This document shows, in pieces, positions 1-10,920 of a stretch of 64,000 nt of DNA. Positions within the stretch are counted from its first letter, which is position 1. Every line of letters starts with the position of its first letter. The position numbers and the translations under genes are program-made. The notes below the pieces were generated by a model, which saw nothing but the letters and a program-made list of their open reading frames with translations, was not told where the DNA came from and ran no database searches. The DNA comes from the human T2T-CHM13v2.0 reference genome, Homo sapiens: assembly GCF_009914755.1 (NCBI RefSeq), contig NC_060927.1; one strand, 5' to 3'.

Positions 1-1402
1 TGCTATGAACATTGGTGTACAAGTTTTTGTGTGTATGTACGTTTTCATTTCTCTTGGGTAAATACCTAGGAGTGGCATTCCTGGGTCATATGGTCACTCT
101 ACGTTTAACTTTTTGAGGTACTGCCAAACTGTTTTTCAAAGCAGGTGCACCATTTACATTCCCACCAACAATTTAAATTTCTACCAGTTTCTCTACATCC
201 TCACCGACACTCGTTCTTGTCCATCTTTTTATTGTAGCCATCCTAGTGATTGTAAACTGGAATCTCATTGTGATTTTGACTTGCATTTCCCTAATGAATA
301 ATAATGTTGAGTATTTTTTCATGTGCTTAGTAGCCATTTGCATATCTTCTTTGGAGAAATGTCTATTCAAACCGTTAGCCCATTTTTTAAATTGATTTAT
401 TTTTCTCCTTATTGTTGTGTTATAAGAGTTATTTATATATTCCAGATACAAGCCCCTTATCATATATATGACTCGCAAATATTTTCTCCCATTCTGCAGG
501 TTATCTTTTCACCTTCTTGATAGGGTCTTTTCAATCACAAAAGCTTCAAATCTTGATTAAGTCCAATTTACCTATTTTTCCATTGGTTGCTTGTGTCTTT
601 GGTATCATATCTAAGAAACCACTGCCTAATTCAAGGTTACAAAGATCTATGCCTATGTTTCTTTCTAAGATTTTATAGTTTCAGCTCTTATATTTAGATC
701 TTGGATGCGTTTTGAGTTGATTTTTGCACATAGTGTGAGTAAAGGTCCAACCTCATTCTTTTGCACTTGCATATCATTGTCTCGGTGCCATTTGTTGAAA
801 AGACTCTCCTTTCTCTATTGAATTGTCTTGGGAACCTTGTCAAAAATCAATTGACCGTAAGTATAAGTGTTCATATCTGTACTCTTTATTCTGCTCCGTA
901 TGTCTATCCTTAAACCAGTAACACACTGAGCTGATTACCTTTATCGTAAATTATGAAATCAGGAAGTGTGAATCCACCAACTTTGTTCTTTTTCAAGGCT
1001 TATTTGGATATTCTGGGTCCCTTGCATTTCTTTATGAATTTTGGGACTAGCTTATCAATTTCTGTAAAAAAGCCAGCTATGATTTTCATAAGGATTGCAC
1101 TGAATCTGCATGTCAGTTAGGATAGTATTGCCATCTTAACAATACTAAGTCTGATCCATGAACACAGGATGTCTTTCCATTTATTTAAGCCTTCTTTAAT
1201 TTCTTTCCAATTTTGTAGTTTTCAGTCTTGCACTTGTTTTGTTAAGTTGATTCCTATTTTATTCTTTCTGATGGTATTATAAATGGAATTATTTAACTTC
1301 GTTTTCATATTGTTTGTTGCTAGTATAAAGAAATACAATTCATTTTTGTATATTGATCTTGTATCTTGAAACCTTGCGGAACTTGCTTATTAGTTCTAAT
1401 AG

Positions 1403-1435
<33 letters not shown>

Positions 1436-1535
1436 AGTTCCTTAGGATTTTCTATATACAAAACTGTGTCATCTGCAAATAGTTTTACTTCTTCTTTTCC
1501 TATCTGGATACATTTATTTCTTTTTCTTTCCCAAA
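1..1535 (-). mobile_element. Old L1 (L1M, L1MB-like) ORF2 3' fragment inside the OXTR 3' UTR, sense to OXTR
   Basis: Minus-strand remnant ORF ...[42 protein letters not shown] resembles the L1 ORF2p C-terminus. Confidence 0.9.
1404..1435. repeat. (TG)n microsatellite in the OXTR 3' UTR
   Basis: tgtgtgcgtgtg...gtg. Confidence 0.95.
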
Positions 1536-2146
1536 TGCTTCTTAAACATTAGCTTCTTAAACATTTTTAACCCAAGTTCTAATAGGTCCACTGCGCCAGA
1601 TGGTCTTACAAGGTAATCCCCTTCTCTTAGGGCTACCCTCTGACAAGCTGGTCCCCAAGGACCCCAGCATTTGTTCGCTTAAAGGCAAATACACTTTGAG
1701 GTCAGGAGGATCTTAGCACCACCCTTCCCATCTGAGGTCCCAACCCCACTGCTTACCCCAAGTCCAGAACACTGGACTTCCTGACCCAATTGGTCACCAA
1801 TCCTATATTTACCGCTTTTCACAATATCCCAGAATGAAGAAGTAAAAATATACTGGAGTGAAATTACAAGTCCAGGAGAAAAAACAAGCCACTCACTGCC
1901 CAGGGCAGCAGTGGGTTCAGGGTGGTAGAAGTACGTGTAGGAGGCCAGGGTGTTGTCTGATGGCTGAGTCCCCTATCATCTTCCATCATGGAGGCCACTC
2001 TCCACCCCACTGAAGCCACCCCAAGGAGTGGAGGGATACAAACTGATAGGTACCTTATACACAAACATACGCCATCACCTAGGAGCAGAGCACTTATGCC
2101 AGCACAGCCTGAGCCTCAGGCTGCAGCCCTGGCCCTGGCTGGTGGG

Positions 2147-2394
2147 TCACGCCGTGGATGGCTGGGAGCAGCTCCTCTGGCTGGAGCTGCGATGGCTCAG
2201 GACAAAGGAGGACGAGTTGCTCTTTTTGCTGGCACTCGTCTCTCCCAGGCGTCTGCCCTTCAGGTAGCTGGCGGAGCAGCACAGGAAGCGCTGCACGAGT
2301 TCGTGGAAGAGGTGGCCCGTGAACAGCATGTAGATCCAGGGGTTGCAGCAGCTGTTGAGGCTGGCCAGGAGCATGACGATGATGAAGGCCGAGG
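2147..2394 (-). CDS. OXTR: Oxytocin receptor, coding part of exon 4 (248 nt; TM7 and C-tail)
   Basis: Acceptor pyrimidine tract ...CCCCCTCAG|CC at 2395/2394. Phase-1 join gives [26 protein letters not shown]...FLCC...SQPSTA* (NPxxY, palmitoylation CC, Ser clusters). 922+248=1170 nt = 389 aa plus stop. Confidence 0.99.
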
Positions 2395-3847
2395 CTGAGG
2401 GGGTGGGGGCAGGAGAAAGGAGAAAAGGGCATTAATTAACACTGGAGCCACTTCCAGACCTATCTGACTTAAACATCATTTCCTGAGCGACAGCCTTGTC
2501 CAAGTACTACATCCTGAATCACAAGATGAGGTACTAAAGAGGCAAAGTTTGTCTTCCTTCTCCCTCCTTGTCCTGGACATGCCCTCAGGCTGTCCTCCAA
2601 ACCCTCCCCACCAGGCTTAGCCCAGGCTTGGAACTGTCTCTGCCTTTCTCTCACCAGCAGCTTTCCCACTGCCTACCTCCCTCAGCAGAAGCTGAATCCA
2701 TCACAGCCACCTTTTCATGCATCACTCACCCAATGAATGTTGAGTGCCTACAACTTCGAGTGTCTGCAAGCACAGTACCCAAAAGCTGCCACACCTAGTT
2801 TGCATGCTAGCCTCACCAGCGCCTAGTTACTTGAAGTCCCTAAGAAGCTTCGGTTTCCTAATCTTTAAATGGGCATAAGGAGAGTGCCCAAACCTCTGGG
2901 GACTGCTGCAAGGATTAAAGAGTGCCTGGTACACAGTGGGTGCCCAATAAATGATGGCTGCTATCACGACCATGTGCCGGGCAAATCAATCAAATAAAAT
3001 GAGAAACACCACGATGCAGACATCTTGTGGGTTAGGTAGGCACCGGAAGGGGGTGCCACTCTGAGAGTCATGGCCGGCCCCACAAACGGGGCATGTGAGC
3101 TGATTCCCAAAGATGCCTATGGTTTTTCCAGGCAGAGCAGGGAAGAAATGTGCTCCAGGCAGAAGGAATGGCCCCAGCAAAGGCGTGGCAGCGAGAAACT
3201 GTATGACATCTTCATGGCTGACCAACTGAAAGCATCTCCATGAAGCTGTGCCTAAGAGCACTGCTTCAGCATGACAATAAGACTCATGCAGGAAAAAGAA
3301 AGTGACATGGAAGTTATCTGAAGTACTCTGTAAAGGCTATTATACTGAGGACTCATGGAGGTGCAGGCAAAGTTAATGATCAGAAATCAGCTTCAAGACA
3401 TTGCTTGTCACAAACTGAAACTTCAAGAGGGAAGAAAAAAATCCTAATTCTAGGTACTTCCAAGCACGGGGATAAAAATCTGCCTTCTTTCAATGGCCTT
3501 AAATCTGAACAACCAGACATCTCCTGATGACAGACAAGGCCAGGCAACATCTCCAGAAACCCACAAGGAAAACAACTAAGAATTCTGTTCAGCCACCTCC
3601 TTGTGTGTGAAGGCAACTGCAAGAAGGCTGGGAAAATCCACTAGTCTTCCTTCTGTCTGCTCTGCAAAATTTTTTGACAAATAACTCTAGAGTTCAGAGC
3701 TAAATCCAGGGAAGGACTCTTCACTGGGGATGCTCAAGAGGTGCAAAATCTAGATGTGGCCACTGATGAAGAGAACAGAGATGTTTGTCAGCGAAGTCTT
3801 CAAGCACCAAGGGAAGAAAGGCAGTTGGTTGTTGGTAAGTCTACATG

Positions 3848-4007
3848 AGTGGCTCTCAAAGTAGGCCCCCCTCCCAGAGCGACACATCACATGGGAACTT
3901 GCTGGAAATGCACATTCTCAGGCCCCACCCCAGAATTACCCTCTGGAGGTAGGGCTCAGGAATGTTGTAATTCTAATGCACCCTCAAGGTTAAGAACCAC
4001 TAGTCTA
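3848..4007. mobile_element. MER5A-like hAT-Charlie MITE
   Basis: gtggctctcaaagt...gaaatgcacattctcaggccccaccccaga...aagaaccact. Confidence 0.75.
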
Positions 4008-4291
4008 ATTAATTGGTGCACCTGTTGGAACAAGAGCAAGCTACGATAGACAGAAAACAAAATTCTTGCAAAAGAGAGTTTTTAGAAAGCAAAGAATGGA
4101 AATTTAACTCTTAGTATTAAAATAATAAAGAATAGAAAGGAGGAAAAATGAAAGAAAAATGATCAATATTACTAAATTCACTGGTTTTAACAAAAAATAT
4201 TTTGTTAAGAAATTTGCTTTGATTTGGATGGATAAGAAGATGAATTTAAGTTTAGAAACTCTGATGGAATATTTCACCAACAAAATTGAAA

Positions 4292-4497
4292 TTCACCCAC
4301 AAGACTAAAAACAGAATGTCTCAGAAATAATGAAAGAGGCAAAAATCAACGTGCAAAAGTCAATATTTACAACCTACCAGCCACAAAGGGAAGGTTCGCC
4401 CACAAGACTAAAACCAGAATGTCTTAGAAATAATGAAAGAGGCAAAAATCAACGTGCAAAAGTCAATATTTACAACCTACCAGCCACAAAGGGAAGG
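4292..4497. repeat. Tandem duplication, 2 x 103 bp, 3 mismatches
   Basis: 4292-4394 versus 4395-4497. Confidence 0.95.
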
Positions 4498-5489
4498 ACA
4501 TAGGTGTATAAAGCTTTGCAATGAGGTAGGAGGAAGCATCAGGGATGAAGTTCACAGAAAGACACTGTTTTGCCTAGTTGGATACAGTTATTTGGCACAA
4601 TCTTATCTGTTCATTTAAGCTATTGGTCTCACTCTTTACTCTTTGGATCTTTCAACTTTTTTATCCTATTTTTTAAAAAACTACAGAAACATCAACAACA
4701 AAGAAGAAAATAGTTAATGAATTCCTAAGTAGCCACCAATCCTTCCGCCTCCAAGAGGCTGGTCTGGGTGGGAGAAGTCTGGCCAGTGCCTCTGATCCCA
4801 CCTGGTGGCCACAGACACGAGTGACCTCAAGTGGGTCCTCAGGGGATGAAGGGCCCTCTCTAAGCTGAACCTGCTCATGTCAAGTTACTAACACTAAGGG
4901 CACATTTGGCTGTTCTTAATTTGTCAATATCCTAGTCACCCAAAGTCGTTAAGTTTCCAGGAACAGCACTTCAAAGCTCTACCATCAGGGGGAGATCTAT
5001 TTGGAACACAAAGCAGGGACTATGGAGCATATTTCAAAGGGCTGAGGCAGCAGGAATAAAGGCCCATGGTTGAGAACAGCCAAGATCACTCAGGGACTTC
5101 CCGGGAGGCAAGAAGGGAAAAGGGGAGTTTCACAAGAGAAGAGTTTGGAAAGATGGTTTGGAACCAGACAGGAGGATCTTAAATCCAGACAGAGTCTGCC
5201 CACTTTACTGTATGGGCAATAGGGAGCCACTGATGGTTACTGAGCAGGTGAGCGACTACGGATTCCACTTCAACCTGCTTTCTGCACTTATTGTATCTTG
5301 TATAGGCCATAGCATTCCCCTTTCTGATGGCTAGAAAGGCTTCACAGGATTACAGAGGACTTGGAACAGAAAAAAGCATGGAAAATATTGTCCTTACATT
5401 TCACAATGTTACTTCCATGTGAGGATGTGACAATGCTGACCATCAAAATCACTGCTCGAGCCCGCCCAGGAGAGTACAGTTTTCAAAGT

Positions 5490-5570
5490 AGCCTTATCCT
5501 CATTTTATAGATGAGGAAAGTAAAACTCAGAGAAGGAGAGTCACTTCCCCAAGGGCACACAGCAAGTCAC
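5490..5570. mobile_element. MIR SINE fragment
   Basis: cattttatagatgaggaaagtaaaactcagagaagg...cccaagggcacacagc core. Confidence 0.7.
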
Positions 5571-6447
5571 CCTGTGTTCATACATAAAAGTAATGAAGAC
5601 TGATTCCTTTTAAAAACAGGTTAGCATCCTCACAGGTCAGGTTGGTTCCAATTAGTGAATCCTGTCAGTCCCAAAGCCAAGACAGAAGCTGGTTAGGCAG
5701 TTTGCCTAATGTTATGATTTGAGGGACAGAGAGCAACTTCCCTGTTCCCAAAACAAATGTGGTCCACCACTGACAGTAAGCAGTGCCCATTCCCCATTTT
5801 TGACGCTGTGGATGCTGTGGTGCCCCCTGAGTACCCATTCCTCTAGCTGCCCAAGAGCTGCCTGCCAAATGCTCACAGCTGAGCTCCTCTCTGGGCATTG
5901 CCTTTGGCCAAAAGGAGCTGCCACCACACCCAATGACTGCTTAGTGCAAATGTGCAAAGGCCAGGCCCCATGCCTTCATCCGGGCTTCTCTGAAGGGCCA
6001 TGGCCACTCCCAAGCTCCCGGTGAGACTGGCCTCCCTCCGCATTTCCACACAATGCAGCCACAATGATGTCAGCGCAGAGAGGAGGACCTACAAGTCCTC
6101 ATGGGCCTGACTCAGAAAGGTCTGCTATGCAGCGAGCACCTTCTCCGGGGTCCCTCAGGAAAGGAAGCTGTTCACAGTGGGCGCCCCCTGGCCCACAGAA
6201 ACACTGGCTGAGAGGCAGGGAGGAGAACCCAGGAACTCAGGATCCAGATGCAAAGTCCTGGGGCCTGGATCCCCCTCCCACCTAATCACTCTCTGAACTA
6301 CATCTGAGTGAACTACTGCCTGAGCCTCAGTTTCCTTATCTGTAGCATGGAGGCGGCACTCATAAGGCTATTGAGAAAATGAAAAAAAAATTAAAGATCG
6401 TGTAAAAGGGCTTTGTGACTGGCAAAGTGTTTATTCAAGTAATTATC

Positions 6448-6489
6448 ATTAACATTAGTATTAATATTAGTATTAATATTAATATTAAT
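6448..6489. repeat. (ATTAAT)n AT-rich self-complementary repeat
   Basis: cattaacattagtattaatattagtattaatattaatattaat. Confidence 0.85.
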
Positions 6490-8124
6490 GTATGTGAGGT
6501 ATGACCAACTATAGCAATTCTTTAAAATCCAAGTTTGAAGACTCCCAATCCCAGAACAATTAAAGAAATTCTCCTTAGCCCATTTTCCCAACACTTCTCA
6601 AAAGTTAAAAAAAAAAACAAAAAACAAAAAAAATCAAACCCCAGAGCCCTCAGGTTGAATCACTTGGCAAGAAAGGAACTCTAGACAGTCCATTCTGGAA
6701 AACTTATTCTACCAGCGACCTAGAAATCCAAAAGGGAAGGTTGCTGCAACTGTGGGCAGGAGCAGGATCTTAGGGTCTCCGCTGGAAGAGCCAGTTCTAA
6801 TCATGTGTCTCCCACTTTCCTGCCATAAAAATCACATCTTGCCCCACGATCGAGTCCTGAGCGTGTGCCAGACTGCAAACTTACTCTCTCCCATCCTTGC
6901 CAGGAAGGGAGGATGCAGAGGAGAGGCTGTCCACCCGGACTCCGCGGGGGCCGCTGGCCTCACACTTACGGCATTTCTCGGAGGAGGAAGAGGTCAGACG
7001 TCCATCCTTTCATTCTGCCTCCCCTCCATGCCATGCACTGAGTAGGTGCGAGGATCTAAGTGGAGTCCCTGCCCTCAAGTGATTTCCAGACTCAGGATGA
7101 GAAAGAGAGACTTAAAAGACCAGCAGAATATTGAACAGGGGGTAAAGCATTTGGGGAAGGGGCTGCTGGGCACAAGAGCTGGGGACTAGGGGTGGTTTTC
7201 AAGTGCAGTCTCTTGTGTGCCAAGCGGGGGACATGAGCAGAAACAGCCACACACCAAACGCCAACATCCCCTGCTGGGCAATTCTGTCCCTGGGAGAATC
7301 AACTCTGCATTTCTACTTGGCACCATGATTCATGGAGGGGTGGGAGGCAGAGGTCCACGTTCCATCCTTCCCAGCCTGGCTTTCCTCAAGCCCCAAGAAC
7401 TCCCCTGTTAGGATTTCCCGGCACTCTCTCCACCCCAGCACTGAAACCCCAAATTAGCCCAGAACAGCTGACGGGCAGCTGGCCACCGCCTCTCCGGGCT
7501 GTGCTGTTCCTGAGGCTACCGGCACGTTTCATATGACTCAAAGACATGTGGCCAAGATCGGCTGAGTCAAAGCAAGCCCATCAACTTCACAAAAGGCCCG
7601 CACTTGAGAAACCAATCATTTGCCACAAGGCCTCCCCAGAGTACCAGGAATTCAGATGTAAGTCCCTCATTCCTACAGGACTGTGCGGGCATCTGGGAAC
7701 AAAACTATGGAAGGCCCTTTCTTAAGAAAATGATTTTTGAATGTATGCTTATAGAAAGATTGAGTCTCAATATACACTACAGGGTGCCTTCTTAGAAAAG
7801 ACCATCGTTTTACAACTGTGATTTTCCTAAAAATCACAGATGTGTGATCACCCCGTGTAGTGCAAGGTCTGGGTGAAGAGCCAAACGGGCGGGCTACAGA
7901 GTTGAAAATGGGTTTCTCTGACAGCACTGCTCCAATCTGGTAGGTGTGCTGGACTCACTGGGCTGGGCCTGAGAATAACCACATTCTGGAAGAAGACAAG
8001 CCAGGGCCTTCCTGCAAACGACCAGCCCTTCGCTACCCTTCAAGGAATGACAAGGCCCTCCATCCAATCTGGGCCACACGTGTAAAGGCAAACAGTGAGT
8101 GTTGGTAAAAGGTCATATGTTAAA

Positions 8125-8285
8125 GCTTTGCTGCTCAAAGTGTAGCCAATGGCTGGCTATAGGGCATCTGATAGGCGCCACCTGTTTCCTTGTCAAAACT
8201 GCAAACTCTTGGGGCCCCACCCCAGACCTACTGAATCAGAATCTGCATTTTAACAAAATACGCATTAAAGTTTGAGCAGCTTCCT
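8125..8285. mobile_element. MER5A-like MITE
   Basis: gggccccaccccagacctactgaatcagaatctgcattttaacaa signature. Confidence 0.8.
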
Positions 8286-8384
8286 TCCAACTAGCTCAAA
8301 TCGTATAGATAGGAAAGAAGAAATGAACAAAGTAACTGTCCACCGTTCTTGATCTCAATGTGGAATGTGCATCTGCTTCTTTGC

Positions 8385-8670
8385 ATAGTAAGCTCCTACT
8401 CACCCCTCAAAAACCCTTTTCAAATGACACTTCCCCTCTGAAACCCTCCTGATTTCTTCCCAGGGAGACAGATCAACTAATGCCTTCTCAGGGTATTTGC
8501 AGTACTTGGTAAATAAATAGCTCTATAACAGCATCACCCCATCATATTGTCATTATTTTCTGACACTCTTTGGCTGGGGACTGTGTCTTATTGGTAGCTC
8601 CGTCCTTAGGCTGCTAACAGCTACTGGAAAATAGGAAGAGTTCAATAAGGAGCTGAATTGGACTGAAGCA
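8385..8670 (+). mobile_element. L2 3' end fragment
   Basis: Degenerate L2 tail (gggactgtgtcttatt...ataggaagagttcaataag). Confidence 0.55.
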
Positions 8671-9752
8671 TGAAATTAGCAGGCAAGAGGTCCTGATAAA
8701 TCAGCCACCGCTGTCAGTATGTTGGAAGGGCTACAAATAATTTCCCTGCTCAACCACAGGATATGGCCTCCCAGTAAGGTGACTGGACTCAAATGCAATT
8801 CCCTCTGGGAAAATTAAGTTCGCCCTCAGATATGGTCAGGTGGAGAGAAAGGGAGAGAAACAGAATGTGCAAGAGTGCCGTTGGGGTGGGAGACATGGGC
8901 CGGGAGGGCAGAAGCCCACAGTCTCAAAGCATCTGACTAAAGGGCAGGAAGCCTTAGCTCCCGGCTGAGCACAAAAGGAGATACTGGCAGAGGCTGCCCC
9001 TCAGTGCAGGAATCAGGAGTAAGGATTTGGGCCTTGGGGCTGGGACACTGGACACCACCTGGTTACACCTCTCTCCCACCCATACCTTAGACAAGACCCA
9101 GCCTAGGGTACCTCTAAACCAGAGCTAGAACCTTCCAACTGGCCTCCCGCCTCCTCCAGGTGAGACAGTTGTTTCTCTTTCAATACTCTTGTTCCCAGCA
9201 TCCTTGGACTTGCCACCATGCGCCAACTGGACCTGCAGCCCCTTTGCTAAAATGCTAGGCCTGTACCCAAAATGACTCCCACTCCATCAGCTACACTGAC
9301 TTGCACCAGCAGGATATTCCACCCTGTATACAACCTAAGTCCTATTCTGAACTTCAGAAACCTGAGATTCTGAACCCCAGAAACCTGAGTTGTGGGCAGG
9401 CTCAGCCCCACACCCGAAGTCAGCACTGCCGCTCCATCTGACACTAACCCAGCAGAAACTGTGGGTGTCCCTCCCAGAGGTCTGTGGGTGTACCCAGAAC
9501 TCTGTGATCAACCTTGACCACACGGTCCCACATTTATGCATGTCAGCAGCTGGCCGCAGGAGGGCGAGGGCTTGGGAGGGCCCCTTGCCAACTCTCTTCA
9601 CTTGGGGGTTGACAGATGAAAGCAGAGGTTGTGTGGACAGGAGCCTGCAGAGGCATCAGTAACTGTTTTTTGGAGTGAATGACTTAGCATTCAGAGGAAG
9701 AAGCCCCGCAAACTGGGAAAACAGGGATGGTTTCCTGAAAGGGGCACTGGAT

Positions 9753-9866
9753 GAGGCTGCCATGTTCAGCTGTTCAGGCTGTGCACTGCAAAGCTCCTAG
9801 GAACACCCTGTTCATAGACCATGAGGTAAAAGGCATCCCCTGGAGTTGTGCCACAAAGCAGCCCAC
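9753..9866. mobile_element. MER91-like hAT-Tip100 MITE
   Basis: gtgcactgcaaagctcctagg...ttcatagaccatgagg...cccctggagttgtgc...gcagccc palindromic MER91 pattern. Confidence 0.65.
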
Positions 9867-10104
9867 ACAATGGACTTGGGCTTCAAAGGACGGGAATCCG
9901 TGGAAGAAACTGGGGTGGGCGTTCCCATGGCAGGAACAGTATTAGCAAAGGTGCAAAGACAGCAAGGCCACAGGAACTTGTGGAAAGCGGCAAATCATCG
10001 GGCTTGGCTGGGGGTACACAAGGCAGGCTGGCCAGAGACCAGGGCAACAAGAGAGTACTCACTGCCAGGTATTAGTTTAAAAAAGCAGAACAAGGGGTCT
10101 AAGC

Positions 10105-10340
10105 CAGCAGTTCTTAACCAGGGATGACTTTGCCCCTTAGTGAACTTTTGGCAATGTCTGGAGACAGTTTTGGTGGCCACAGCTGGCAGGGAGGTTGCTA
10201 ATGGCACGTAGCACGTGGAGGACGGGAATGCCGCTAAATATCCTACCATGCACAGAACAGCTCCTCCCTGACACACATACACACACGCCAAAGACTGTTC
10301 AGCCTAAAATGTCAATAGTGCCAAAGTTGAAAAAATCGTA
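10105..10340 (+). mobile_element. MER20 (hAT-Charlie)
   Basis: cagcagttcttaaccaggg...ttggcaatgtctggagaca...aaaatgtcaatagtgccaaagttga, flanked by degenerate 8-bp hAT TSDs gtctaagc/ctctaaac. Confidence 0.85.
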
Positions 10341-10714
10341 CTCTAAACCAAGAAGGTGAAAATGGAAAGAGAAACAAAGTGCCAACCTGAGGCATGTGGT
10401 ACAGCTGAGATTATAGAACTGGTGGACACAGGGAGGATGAGAGGGGCATGGCACTGAACCCAGAATGCTGGGAGGGCAGTGCCATCAGCGGATGTGTACC
10501 TCGGTGTGTGTGTGTGTAGGTGTTGCAGGAAGAGCCCAAGATGTCAGGACCTTGGGGCCAGATAGTGGGGGAGGGTTCAGCTTCCATGGATCTGAGGCAG
10601 GTCCAGCGATCTAACAAGCGCCCAGGAGATCCCCAAGTCGAAGGTGTAGATCATCGGGAAAACTGCTGGCCTGGGGCGGCAGGGGTTGGGGTCGTCATGC
10701 AGTGTGTCAGTCTC

Positions 10715-10920
10715 TAGTGTAAGATGGCTGGGTTCCAATCCCAGCTCCATCACTTACTCAGCAGTGATCGTGGGCAGGTCACACCTCTCTAAGCCTCAGT
10801 TTCATCATCTGTAGAAAAGCCATGATGGGCCCCTTCCTTGCTGCATTAGGGTGAGGAGCAGAAATGGCCTGGGCACAGGCCTTGCTCACAGTGGGCACTC
10901 AGCCAGTGGTGGCTGCTGTT
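10715..10920. mobile_element. MIR SINE
   Basis: ctgggttccaatcccagctccatcacttact...ctctctaagcctcagtttcatcatctgta. Confidence 0.75.

Larger units (their letters stand above)
1..2146 (-). other. OXTR: OXTR exon 4 3' UTR (probably continues past the left edge)
   Basis: Follows the TGA at 2147-2149. The known ~4.4-kb mRNA needs a ~2.6-kb UTR. Confidence 0.85.

Noticed and set aside
1988-2398. 136-aa plus-strand ORF and 112-aa minus-strand ORF over exon 4
   Set aside because: Antisense or alternate-frame shadows of GC-rich coding sequence with no recognisable homology.
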